Positions 1-11,400 of a stretch of 64,000 nt of DNA are shown here, piece after piece. The stretch is from the human T2T-CHM13v2.0 reference genome, Homo sapiens. The stretch lies in assembly GCF_009914755.1 (NCBI RefSeq), contig NC_060941.1, one strand, 5' to 3'. Every line of letters begins with the position of its first letter. The stretch's first letter is position 1. The notes below the pieces were generated by a model. It was not told where the DNA came from, did not search any database, and saw nothing but the letters and a program-made list of their open reading frames with translations. The translations under genes were made by a program, and so were the position numbers.

Positions 1-117
1 AAAATACTTTGTGATGATTGAGTTTAACTCACAGAGCTGAACATTCCTTTGGATGGAGCAGGTTTGAGACACACTTTTTGTAGAATCTACAAGTGGATAT
101 TTGGACCTCTCTGAGGA

Positions 118-134
118 TTTCGTTGGAAACGGGA
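118..134 (+). promoter_or_regulatory. CENP-B box, intact (repeats every 2715 bp)
   Basis: tttcgttggaaacggga matches the core nTTCGnnnnAnnCGGGn. Confidence 0.95.
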
Positions 135-283
135 TAACTGCACCTAACTAAACGGAAGCATTCTCAGAAACTTCTTGGTGATGTTTGCATTCAAATCCCA
201 GAGTTGAACCTTCCTTTGATAGTTCAGGTTTGAAACACTCTTTTTGTAGGATCTGCAAGTGGATATTTGGACCACTCTGTGGC

Positions 284-300
284 CTTCGTTCGAAACGGGT
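284..300 (+). promoter_or_regulatory. CENP-B box, core intact (repeats every 2715 bp)
   Basis: cttcgttcgaaacgggt has all 9 core positions. Confidence 0.9.
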
Positions 301-454
301 ATATCTTCGCATAAAATCTAGACAGAAGCCTTCTCAGAAACTTCTCTGTGATGATTGCATTCAACTCACAGAGTTGAACCCTCCTATGGATAGAGCAGTG
401 TTGAAACTCTCTTTTTGTGGAATCTGCAAGTGGATACGTGGACCTCTCCGAAGA

Positions 455-471
455 TGTCTTTGGAAACGGGA
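455..471 (+). promoter_or_regulatory. Degenerate CENP-B box, probably non-binding
   Basis: tgtctttggaaacggga has GTCT in place of TTCG. Confidence 0.85.
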
Positions 472-797
472 ATATCTTCACATAAAAACTAAACAGAAGC
501 ATTCTCAGAAACTTCTCTGTGATGTTTGTGTTCAACTCCCAGAGTTTCACATTGCTTTTCATAGAGTAGTTCTGAAACATGCTTTTCGTAGTGTCTACAA
601 GTGGACATTTGGAGCGCTTTCAGGCCTGTGGTGGAAAACGAATTATGGTCACATAAAAACTGGAGAGAAGCATTGTCAGAAACTTCTTTGTGATGATTGC
701 ATTCAACTCACAGAGTTGAAGGTTCCTTTTCAAAGAGCAGTTTCCAATCACTCTTTCTGTGGAATCTGCAAGTGGATATTTGGACCTATTTTGAAGA

Positions 798-814
798 TTT
801 CGTTGGAAACGGGA
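798..814 (+). promoter_or_regulatory. CENP-B box, intact (repeats every 2715 bp)
   Basis: tttcgttggaaacggga. Confidence 0.95.
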
Positions 815-842
815 GAATCTTCACAGGAAAGCTAAACAGAAG

Positions 843-1184
843 CATTCTCAGAAACTTCTTTGTGATGCTTGCATTCAACTCACAGAGTTGAACTTTCCTT
901 TCGAGAGAGAAGCTTTGAAACACTCTTTTTCCAGAATCTGCAAGTGGACATTTGGAGGGCTTTGAGGCCTGTGGTGGAAAAGGAATTATCTTCCCGTAAA
1001 AGCTAGATAGAAGCATTCTCAGAAACTACTTTGTGATGATTGCATTCAAGTCACAGAGTTGAACATTCCCTTTGACAGAGCAGTTTGGAAACTCTCTTTG
1101 TGTAGAATCTGCAAGTGGAGATATGGACCGCTTTGAGGCCTATGGTAGTAAAGGAAATAGCTTCATATAAAAGCTAGACAGTAG
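843..1184 (+). repeat. Pair of A-type (pJalpha-box-like) monomers lacking CENP-B boxes
   Basis: The box position reads ctgtggtggaaaaggaa and ctatggtagtaaaggaa. Comparable A-type monomers lie at 500-670, 1688-1856, 2365-2535 and 2536-2706. Confidence 0.8.
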
Positions 1185-1310
1185 CATTCACAGAAAACTC
1201 TTGGTGACGACTGAGTTTAACTCACAGAGCTGAACATTCCTTTGGATGGAGCAGTTTCGAAACACACTATTTGTAGAATGTGCAAGTGGATATTTAGGCC
1301 TCTCTGAGGA

Positions 1311-1327
1311 TTTCGTTGGAAACGGGA
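1311..1327 (+). promoter_or_regulatory. CENP-B box, intact (first of three consecutive)
   Basis: tttcgttggaaacggga. Confidence 0.95.
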
Positions 1328-1477
1328 TAAACCGCACAGAACTAAACAGAAGCATTCTCAGAACCTTCTTCGTGATGTTTGCATTCAACTCACAGTGTTG
1401 AACCTTTCTTTGATAGTTCAGGTTTGAAACGGTCTTTCTGCAGAAACTGCAAGTAGATATTTGGACCTCTCTGAGGA

Positions 1478-1494
1478 TTTCGTTGGAAACGGGA
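1478..1494 (+). promoter_or_regulatory. CENP-B box, intact (second of three consecutive)
   Basis: tttcgttggaaacggga. Confidence 0.95.
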
Positions 1495-1645
1495 TAACCC
1501 GCACAGAACTAAAACAGAAGCATTCTCAGAACCCTCTTCGTGATGTTTGCATTCAACTCACAGTGCTGAACCTTTCTTTGATAGTTCAGCTTTGAAACAC
1601 TCTTTTTGTAGAAACTGCAAGTGGATATTTGGTCCTCTCTGAGGA

Positions 1646-1662
1646 ATTCGTTGGAAACGGGA
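1646..1662 (+). promoter_or_regulatory. CENP-B box, intact (third of three consecutive), overlapping a polymorphic EcoRI site
   Basis: attcgttggaaacggga in copy 1. The first, non-core base is A or T depending on the HOR copy. Confidence 0.93.
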
Positions 1663-1982
1663 TAAACTGCACAGAACTAAACAGAAGCATTCTCAGAACC
1701 TTCTTCGTGATGTCTGCATTCAACTCACAGTGTGGAACCTTTCTTTGATAGTTCAGGTTTGAAACACTCTTTTTGTAGAAACTGCAAGGGGATAATTGCA
1801 CTCTTTGAGGAGTACCGTAGTAAAGGAAATAACTTCCTATAAAAAGAAGACAGAAGCTTTCTCAGAAAATTCTTTGGGATGATTGAGTTGAACTCACAGA
1901 GCTGAGCATTCCTTGCGATGTAGCAGTTTAGAAACACACTTTCTGCAGAATCTGCAAGTGCATATTTGGACCTCTTTGAGGA

Positions 1983-1999
1983 ATTCGTTGGAAACGGGA
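1983..1999 (+). promoter_or_regulatory. CENP-B box, intact, overlapping the constant EcoRI site (1981-1986)
   Basis: gaattcgttggaaacggga in every copy read. Confidence 0.93.
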
Positions 2000-2148
2000 T
2001 AATTTCAGCTGACTAAACAGAAGCAGTCTCAGAATCTTCTTTGTGATGTTTGCATTCAAATCCCCGAGTTGAACTTTCCTTTCAAAGTTCACGTTTGAAA
2101 CACTCTTTTTGCAGGATCTACAAGTGGATATTTGGACCACTCTGTGTC

Positions 2149-2165
2149 CTTCGATCGAAACGGGT
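2149..2165 (+). promoter_or_regulatory. CENP-B box, core intact, containing a 10-bp palindrome
   Basis: cttcgatcgaaacgggt has the TTCG....A..CGGG core, and ttcgatcgaa (2150-2159) is self-complementary. Confidence 0.88.
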
Positions 2166-2319
2166 ATATCTTCACATGACATCTAGACAGAAGCATCCTC
2201 AGAAGCTTCTCTGTGATGACTGCATTCAACTCACGGAGTTGAACACTCCTTTTGAGAGCGCAGTTTTGAAACTCTCTTTCTGTGGCATCTGCAAGGGGAC
2301 ATGTAGACCTCTTTGAAGA

Positions 2320-2336
2320 TTTCGTTGGAAACGGAA
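2320..2336 (+). promoter_or_regulatory. Degenerate CENP-B box with one core mismatch
   Basis: tttcgttggaaacggaa has CGGA instead of CGGG. Confidence 0.8.
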
Positions 2337-2706
2337 TCATCTTCACATAAAAACTACACAGATGCATTCTCAGGAACTTTTTGGTGATGTTTGTATTCAA
2401 CTCCCAGAGTTGAACTTTCCTTTGGAAAGAGCAGCTATGAAACACTGTTTTTCTATAATCTGCAAGTGGACGTTTGGAGGGCTTTGTGGTTTGTGGTGGA
2501 AAAGGAAATATCTTCACCTAAATACTAGATAGAAGCATTCTCAGAAACTGCTTTGTGATGATTGCATTCACCTCACAGAGTTGAACATTCCTATTGATAG
2601 AGCAGTTTGGAAACACTCTTGTTGTGGAATGTGCAAGTGGAGATTTGGAGCGCTTTGAGGCCTATGGTAGTAAAGGGAATAGCTTCATAGAAAAACTAGA
2701 CAGAAG

Positions 2707-5421
2707 CATTCTCAGAAAATACTTTGTGATGATTGAGTTTAACTCACAGAGCTGAACATTCCTTTGGATGGAGCAGGTTTGAGACACACTTTTTGTAGAA
2801 TCTACAAGTGGATATTTGGACCTCTCTGAGGATTTCGTTGGAAACGGGATAACTGCACCTAACTAAACGGAAGCATTCTCAGAAACTTCTTGGTGATGTT
2901 TGCATTCAAATCCCAGAGTTGAACCTTCCTTTGATAGTTCAGGTTTGAAACACTCTTTTTGTAGGATCTGCAAGTGGATATTTGGACCACTCTGTGGCCT
3001 TCGTTCGAAACGGGTATATCTTCGCATAAAATCTAGACAGAAGCCTTCTCAGAAACTTCTCTGTGATGATTGCATTCAACTCACAGAGTTGAACCCTCCT
3101 ATGGATAGAGCAGTGTTGAAACTCTCTTTTTGTGGAATCTGCAAGTGGATACGTGGACCTCTCCGAAGATGTCTTTGGAAACGGGAATATCTTCACATAA
3201 AAACTAAACAGAAGCATTCTCAGAAACTTCTCTGTGATGTTTGTGTTCAACTCCCAGAGTTTCACATTGCTTTTCATAGAGTAGTTCTGAAACATGCTTT
3301 TCGTAGTGTCTACAAGTGGACATTTGGAGCGCTTTCAGGCCTGTGGTGGAAAACGAATTATGGTCACATAAAAACTGGAGAGAAGCATTGTCAGAAACTT
3401 CTTTGTGATGATTGCATTCAACTCACAGAGTTGAAGGTTCCTTTTCAAAGAGCAGTTTCCAATCACTCTTTGTGTGGAATCTGCAAGTGGATATTTGGAC
3501 CTATTTTGAAGATTTCGTTGGAAACGGGAGAATCTTCACAGGAAAGCTAAACAGAAGCATTCTCAGAAACTTCTTTGTGATGCTTGCATTCAACTCACAG
3601 AGTTGAACTTTCCTTTCGAGAGAGAAGCTTTGAAACACTCTTTTTCCAGAATCTGCAAGTGGACATTTGGAGGGCTTTGAGGCCTGTGGTGGAAAAGGAA
3701 TTATCTTCCCGTAAAAGCTAGATAGAAGCATTCTCAGAAACTACTTTGTGATGATTGCATTCAAGTCACAGAGTTGAACATTCCCTTTGACAGAGCAGTT
3801 TGGAAACTCTCTTTGTGTAGAATCTGCAAGTGGAGATATGGACCGCTTTGAGGCCTATGGTAGTAAAGGAAATAGCTTCATATAAAAGCTAGACAGTAGC
3901 ATTCACAGAAAACTCTTGGTGACGACTGAGTTTAACTCACAGAGCTGAACATTCCTTTGGATGGAGCAGTTTCGAAACACACTATTTGTAGAATGTGCAA
4001 GTGGATATTTAGGCCTCTCTGAGGATTTCGTTGGAAACGGGATAAACCGCACAGAACTAAACAGAAGCATTCTCAGAACCTTCTTCGTGATGTTTGCATT
4101 CAACTCACAGTGTTGAACCTTTCTTTGATAGTTCAGGTTTGAAACGGTCTTTCTGTAGAAACTGCAAGTAGATATTTGGACCTCTCTGAGGATTTCGTTG
4201 GAAACGGGATAACCCGCACAGAACTAAAACAGAAGCATTCTCAGAACCCTCTTCGTGATGTTTGCATTCAACTCACAGTGCTGAACCTTTCTTTGATAGT
4301 TCAGCTTTGAAACACTCTTTTTGTAGAAACTGCAAGTGGATATTTGGTCCTCTCTGAGCATTTCGTTGGAAACGGGATAAACTGCACAGAACTAAACAGA
4401 AGCATTCTCAGAACCTTCTTCGTGATGTCTGCATTCAACTCACAGTGTGGAACCTTTCTTTGATAGTTCAGGTTTGAAACACTCTTTTTGTAGAAACTGC
4501 AAGGGGATAATTGCACTCTTTGAGGAGTACCGTAGTAAAGGAAATAACTTCCTATAAAAAGAAGACAGAAGCTTTCTCAGAAAATTCTTTGGGATGATTG
4601 AGTTGAACTCACAGAGCTGAGCATTCCTTGCGATGTAGCAGTTTAGAAACACACTTTCTGCAGAATCTGCAAGTGCATATTTGGACCTCTGTGAGGAATT
4701 CGTTGGAAACGGGATAATTTCAGCTGACTAAACAGAAGCAGTCTCAGAATCTTCTTTGTGATGTTTGCATTCAAATCCCCGAGTTGAACTTTCCTTTCAA
4801 AGTTCACGTTTGAAACACTCTTTTTGCAGGATCTACAAGTGGATATTTGGACCACTCTGTGTCCTTCGATCGAAACGGGTGTATCTTCACATGACATCTA
4901 GACAGAAGCATCCTCAGAAGCTTCTCTGTGATGACTGCATTCAACTCACGGAGTTGAACACTCCTTTTGAGAGCGCAGTTTTGAAACTCTCTTTCTGTGG
5001 CATCTGCAAGGGGACATGTAGACCTCTTTGAAGATTTCGTTGGAAACGGAATCATCTTCACATAAAAACTACACAGATGCATTCTCAGGAACTTTTTGGT
5101 GATGTTTGTATTCAACTCCCAGAGTTGAACTTTCCTTTGGAAAGAGCAGCTATGAAACACTGTTTTTCTAGAATCTGCAAGTGGACGTTTGGAGGGCTTT
5201 GTGGTTTGTGGTGGAAAAGGAAATATCTTCACCTAAATACTAGATAGAAGCATTCTCAGAAACTGCTTTGTGATGATTGCATTCACCTCACAGAGTTGAA
5301 CATTCCTATTGATAGAGCAGTTTGGAAACACTCTTGTTGTGGAATGTGCAAGTGGAGATTTGGAGCGCTTTGAGGCCTATGGTAGTAAAGGGAATAGCTT
5401 CATAGAAAAACTAGACAGAAG
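2707..5421 (+). repeat. One complete 16-monomer HOR unit phased on the cattctcag monomer start
   Basis: Monomer starts read in period 1: 159, 329, 500, 671, 843, 1014, 1185, 1353, 1521, 1688, 1857, 2024, 2194, 2365, 2536, 2707. Lengths starting from the 2707 monomer are 167,170,171,171,172,171,171,168,168,167,169,167,170,171,171,171, which sum to 2715. Confidence 0.95.
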
Positions 5422-8400
5422 CATTCTCAGAAAATACTTTGTGATGATTGAGTTTAACTCACAGAGCTGAACATTCCTTTGGATGGAGCAGGTTTGAGAC
5501 ACACTTTTTGTAGAATCTACAAGTGGATATTTGGACCTCTCTGAGGATTTCGTTGGAAACGGGATAACTGCACCTAACTAAACGGAAGCATTCTCAGAAA
5601 CTTCTTGGTGATGTTTGCATTCAAATCCCAGAGTTGAACCTTCCTTTGATAGTTCAGGTTTGAAACACTCTTTTTGTAGGATCTGCAAGTGGATATTTGG
5701 ACCACTCTGTGGCCTTCGTTCGAAACGGGTATATCTTCGCATAAAATCTAGACAGAAGCCTTCTCAGAAACTTCTCTGTGATGATTGCATTCAACTCACA
5801 GAGTTGAACCCTCCTATGGATAGAGCAGTGTTGAAACTCTCTTTTTGTGGAATCTGCAAGTGGATACGTGGACCTCTCCGAAGATGTCTTTGGAAACGGG
5901 AATATCTTCACATAAAAACTAAACAGAAGCATTCTCAGAAACTTCTCTGTGATGTTTGTGTTCAACTCCCAGAGTTTCACATTGCTTTTCATAGAGTAGT
6001 TCTGAAACATGCTTTTCGTAGTGTCTACAAGTGGACATTTGGAGCGCTTTCAGGCCTGTGGTGGAAAACGAATTATGGTCACATAAAAACTGGAGAGAAG
6101 CATTGTCAGAAACTTCTTTGTGATGATTGCATTCAACTCACAGAGTTGAAGGTTCCTTTTCAAAGAGCAGTTTCCAATCACTCTTTCTGTGGAATCTGCA
6201 AGTGGATATTTGGACCTATTTTGAAGATTTCGTTGGAAACGGGAGAATCTTCACAGGAAAGCTAAACAGAAGCATTCTCAGAAACTTCTTTGTGATGCTT
6301 GCATTCAACTCACAGAGTTGAACTTTCCTTTCGAGAGAGAAGCTTTGAAACACTCTTTTTCCAGAATCTGCAAGTGGACATTTGGAGGGCTTTGAGGCCT
6401 GTGGTGGAAAAGGAATTATCTTCCCGTAAAAGCTAGATAGAAGCATTCTCAGAAACTACTTTGTGATGATTGCATTCAAGTCACAGAGTTGAACATTCCC
6501 TTTGACAGAGCAGTTTGGAAACTCTCTTTGTGTAGAATCTGCAAGTGGAGATATGGACCGCTTTGAGGCCTATGGTAGTAAAGGAAATAGCTTCATATAA
6601 AAGCTAGACAGTAGCATTCACAGAAAACTCTTGGTGACGACTGAGTTTAACTCACAGAGCTGAACATTCCTTTGGATGGAGCAGTTTCGAAACACACTAT
6701 TTGTAGAATGTGCAAGTGGATATTTAGGCCTCTCTGAGGATTTCGTTGGAAACGGGATAAACCGCACAGAACTAAACAGAAGCATTCTCAGAACCTTCTT
6801 CGTGATGTTTGCATTCAACTCACAGTGTTGAACCTTTCTTTGATAGTTCAGGTTTGAAACGGTCTTTCTGTAGAAACTGCAAGTAGATATTTGGACCTCT
6901 CTGAGGATTTCGTTGGAAACGGGATAACCCGCACAGAACTAAAACAGAAGCATTCTCAGAACCCTCTTCGTGATGTTTGCATTCAACTCACAGTGCTGAA
7001 CCTTTCTTTGATAGTTCAGCTTTGAAACACTCTTTTTGTAGAAACTGCAAGTGGATATTTGGTCCTCTCTGAGCATTTCGTTGGAAACGGGATAAACTGC
7101 ACAGAACTAAACAGAAGCATTCTCAGAACCTTCTTCGTGATGTCTGCATTCAACTCACAGTGTGGAACCTTTCTTTGATAGTTCAGGTTTGAAACACTCT
7201 TTTTGTAGAAACTGCAAGGGGATAATTGCACTCTTTGAGGAGTACCGTAGTAAAGGAAATAACTTCCTATAAAAAGAAGACAGAAGCTTTCTCAGAAAAT
7301 TCTTTGGGATGATTGAGTTGAACTCACAGAGCTGAGCATTCCTTGCGATGTAGCAGTTTAGAAACACACTTTCTGCAGAATCTGCAAGTGCATATTTGGA
7401 CCTCTGTGAGGAATTCGTTGGAAACGGGATAATTTCAGCTGACTAAACAGAAGCAGTCTCAGAATCTTCTTTGTGATGTTTGCATTCAAATCCCCGAGTT
7501 GAACTTTCCTTTCAAAGTTCACGTTTGAAACACTCTTTTTGCAGGATCTACAAGTGGATATTTGGACCACTCTGTGTCCTTCGATCGAAACGGGTGTATC
7601 TTCACATGACATCTAGACAGAAGCATCCTCAGAAGCTTCTCTGTGATGACTGCATTCAACTCACGGAGTTGAACACTCCTTTTGAGAGCGCAGTTTTGAA
7701 ACTCTCTTTCTGTGGCATCTGCAAGGGGACATGTAGACCTCTTTGAAGATTTCGTTGGAAACGGAATCATCTTCACATAAAAACTACACAGATGCATTCT
7801 CAGGAACTTTTTGGTGATGTTTGTATTCAACTCCCAGAGTTGAACTTTCCTTTGGAAAGAGCAGCTATGAAACACTGTTTTTCTAGAATCTGCAAGTGGA
7901 CGTTTGGAGGGCTTTGTGGTTTGTGGTGGAAAAGGAAATATCTTCACCTAAATACTAGATAGAAGCATTCTCAGAAACTGCTTTGTGATGATTGCATTCA
8001 CCTCACAGAGTTGAACATTCCTATTGATAGAGCAGTTTGGAAACACTCTTGTTGTGGAATGTGCAAGTGGAGATTTGGAGCGCTTTGAGGCCTATGGTAG
8101 TAAAGGGAATAGCTTCATAGAAAAACTAGACAGAAGCATTCTCAGAAAATACTTTGTGATGATTGAGTTTAACTCACAGAGCTGAACATTCCTTTGGATG
8201 GAGCAGGTTTGAGACACACTTTTTGTAGAATCTACAAGTGGATATTTGGACCTCTCTGAGGATTTCGTTGGAAACGGGATAACTGCACCTAACTAAACGG
8301 AAGCATTCTCAGAAACTTCTTGGTGATGTTTGCATTCAAATCCCAGAGTTGAACCTTCCTTTGATAGTTCAGGTTTGAAACACTCTTTTTGTAGGATCTG

Positions 8401-11400
8401 CAAGTGGATATTTGGACCACTCTGTGGCCTTCGTTCGAAACGGGTATATCTTCGCATAAAATCTAGACAGAAGCCTTCTCAGAAACTTCTCTGTGATGAT
8501 TGCATTCAACTCACAGAGTTGAACCCTCCTATGGATAGAGCAGTGTTGAAACTCTCTTTTTGTGGAATCTGCAAGTGGATACGTGGACCTCTCCGAAGAT
8601 GTCTTTGGAAACGGGAATATCTTCACATAAAAACTAAACAGAAGCATTCTCAGAAACTTCTCTGTGATGTTTGTGTTCAACTCCCAGAGTTTCACATTGC
8701 TTTTCATAGAGTAGTTCTGAAACATGCTTTTCGTAGTGTCTACAAGTGGACATTTGGAGCGCTTTCAGGCCTGTGGTGGAAAACGAATTATGGTCACATA
8801 AAAACTGGAGAGAAGCATTGTCAGAAACTTCTTTGTGATGATTGCATTCAACTCACAGAGTTGAAGGTTCCTTTTCAAAGAGCAGTTTCCAATCACTCTT
8901 TCTGTGGAATCTGCAAGTGGATATTTGGACCTATTTTGAAGATTTCGTTGGAAACGGGAGAATCTTCACAGGAAAGCTAAACAGAAGCATTCTCAGAAAC
9001 TTCTTTGTGATGCTTGCATTCAACTCACAGAGTTGAACTTTCCTTTCGAGAGAGAAGCTTTGAAACACTCTTTTTCCAGAATCTGCAAGTGGACATTTGG
9101 AGGGCTTTGAGGCCTGTGGTGGAAAAGGAATTATCTTCCCGTAAAAGCTAGATAGAAGCATTCTCAGAAACTACTTTGTGATGATTGCATTCAAGTCACA
9201 GAGTTGAACATTCCCTTTGACAGAGCAGTTTGGAAACTCTCTTTGTGTAGAATCTGCAAGTGGAGATATGGACCGCTTTGAGGCCTATGGTAGTAAAGGA
9301 AATAGCTTCATATAAAAGCTAGACAGTAGCATTCACAGAAAACTCTTGGTGACGACTGAGTTTAACTCACAGAGCTGAACATTCCTTTGGATGGAGCAGT
9401 TTCGAAACACACTATTTGTAGAATGTGCAAGTGGATATTTAGGCCTCTCTGAGGATTTCGTTGGAAACGGGATAAACCGCACAGAACTAAACAGAAGCAT
9501 TCTCAGAACCTTCTTCGTGATGTTTGCATTCAACTCACAGTGTTGAACCTTTCTTTGATAGTTCAGGTTTGAAACGGTCTTTCTGCAGAAACTGCAAGTA
9601 GATATTTGGACCGCTCTGAGGATTTCGTTGGAAACGGGATAACCCGCACAGAACTAAAACAGAAGCATTCTCAGAACCCTCTTCGTGATGTTTGCATTCA
9701 ACTCACAGTGCTGAACCTTTCTTTGATAGTTCAGCTTTGAAACACTCTTTTTGTAGAAACTGCAAGTGGATATTTGGTCCTCTCTGAGGATTTCGTTGGA
9801 AACGGGATAAACTGCACAGAACTAAACAGAAGCATTCTCAGAACCTTCTTCGTGATGTCTGCATTCAACTCACAGTGTGGAACCTTTCTTTGATAGTTCA
9901 GGTTTGAAACACTCTTTTTGTAGAAACTGCAAGGGGATAATTGCACTCTTTGAGGAGTACCGTAGTAAAGGAAATAACTTCCTATAAAAAGAAGACAGAA
10001 GCTTTCTCAGAAAATTCTTTGGGATGATTGAGTTGAACTCACAGAGCTGAGCATTCCTTGCGATGTAGCAGTTTAGAAACACACTTTCTGCAGAATCTGC
10101 AAGTGCATATTTGGACCTCTGTGAGGAATTCGTTGGAAACGGGATAATTTCAGCTGACTAAACAGAAGCAGTCTCAGAATCTTCTTTGTGATGTTTGCAT
10201 TCAAATCCCCGAGTTGAACTTTCCTTTCAAAGTTCACGTTTGAAACACTCTTTTTGCAGGATCTACAAGTGGATATTTGGACCACTCTGTGTCCTTCGAT
10301 CGAAACGGGTGTATCTTCACATGACATCTAGACAGAAGCATCCTCAGAAGCTTCTCTGTGATGACTGCATTCAACTCACGGAGTTGAACACTCCTTTTGA
10401 GAGCGCAGTTTTGAAACTCTCTTTCTGTGGCATCTGCAAGGGGACATGTAGACCTCTTTGAAGATTTCGTTGGAAACGGAATCATCTTCACATAAAAACT
10501 ACACAGATGCATTCTCAGGAACTTTTTGGTGATGTTTGTATTCAACTCCCAGAGTTGAACTTTCCTTTGGAAAGAGCAGCTATGAAACACTGTTTTTCTA
10601 GAATCTGCAAGTGGACGTTTGGAGGGCTTTGTGGTTTGTGGTGGAAAAGGAAATATCTTCACCTAAATACTAGATAGAAGCATTCTCAGAAACTGCTTTG
10701 TGATGATTGCATTCACCTCACAGAGTTGAACATTCCTATTGATAGAGCAGTTTGGAAACACTCTTGTTGTGGAATGTGCAAGTGGAGATTTGGAGCGCTT
10801 TGAGGCCTATGGTAGTAAAGGGAATAGCTTCATAGAAAAACTAGACAGAAGCATTCTCAGAAAATACTTTGTGATGATTGAGTTTAACTCACAGAGCTGA
10901 ACATTCCTTTGGATGGAGCAGGTTTGAGACACACTTTTTGTAGAATCTACAAGTGGATATTTGGACCTCTCTGAGGATTTCGTTGGAAACGGGATAACTG
11001 CACCTAACTAAACGGAAGCATTCTCAGAAACTTCTTGGTGATGTTTGCATTCAAATCCCAGAGTTGAACCTTCCTTTGATAGTTCAGGTTTGAAACACTC
11101 TTTTTGTAGGATCTGCAAGTGGATATTTGGACCACTCTGTGGCCTTCGTTCGAAACGGGTATATCTTCGCATAAAATCTAGACAGAAGCCTTCTCAGAAA
11201 CTTCTCTGTGATGATTGCATTCAACTCACAGAGTTGAACCCTCCTATGGATAGAGCAGTGTTGAAACTCTCTTTTTGTGGAATCTGCAAGTGGATACGTG
11301 GACCTCTCCGAAGATGTCTTTGGAAACGGGAATATCTTCACATAAAAACTAAACAGAAGCATTCTCAGAAACTTCTCTGTGATGTTTGTGTTCAACTCCC

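Larger units (their letters stand above)
1185..1856 (+). repeat. Internal near-triplication of a ~167-168 bp monomer unit within the HOR
   Basis: The string ttcgttggaaacgggataa..gcacagaactaaa(a)cagaagcattctcagaacc.tcttcgtgatgt.tgcattcaactcacagtg..gaacctttctttgatagttcag occurs three times, at about 1312, 1479 and 1647. These copies are much more alike than other monomer pairs. Confidence 0.92.
1857..2706 (+). repeat. Complete SF3-type pentamer (W1-W2-W3-W4-W5-like) inside the HOR
   Basis: Five monomers in B,B,B,A,A box order, beginning with a short 167-bp monomer. Monomers 2024-2364 parallel 159-499 (both translate to MHSNPRVE...RIxKWIFGPLC...QKLLCDDCIQLTELN). The W labels are inferred from box type and length. 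Confidence 0.8.

Noticed and set aside
185-835. Zinc-finger-like Cys/His pattern (CxxC: CRIC, CDDC, CGIC)
   Set aside because: The spacing does not match C2H2 or other finger motifs. It arises from tgt/tgc triplets in the satellite consensus.
1838-1845. TATA-like tataaaaa (also tataaaag near 1166) as a promoter
   Set aside because: It is part of the A-rich monomer end seen in related form in most monomers, and nothing else supports a promoter.
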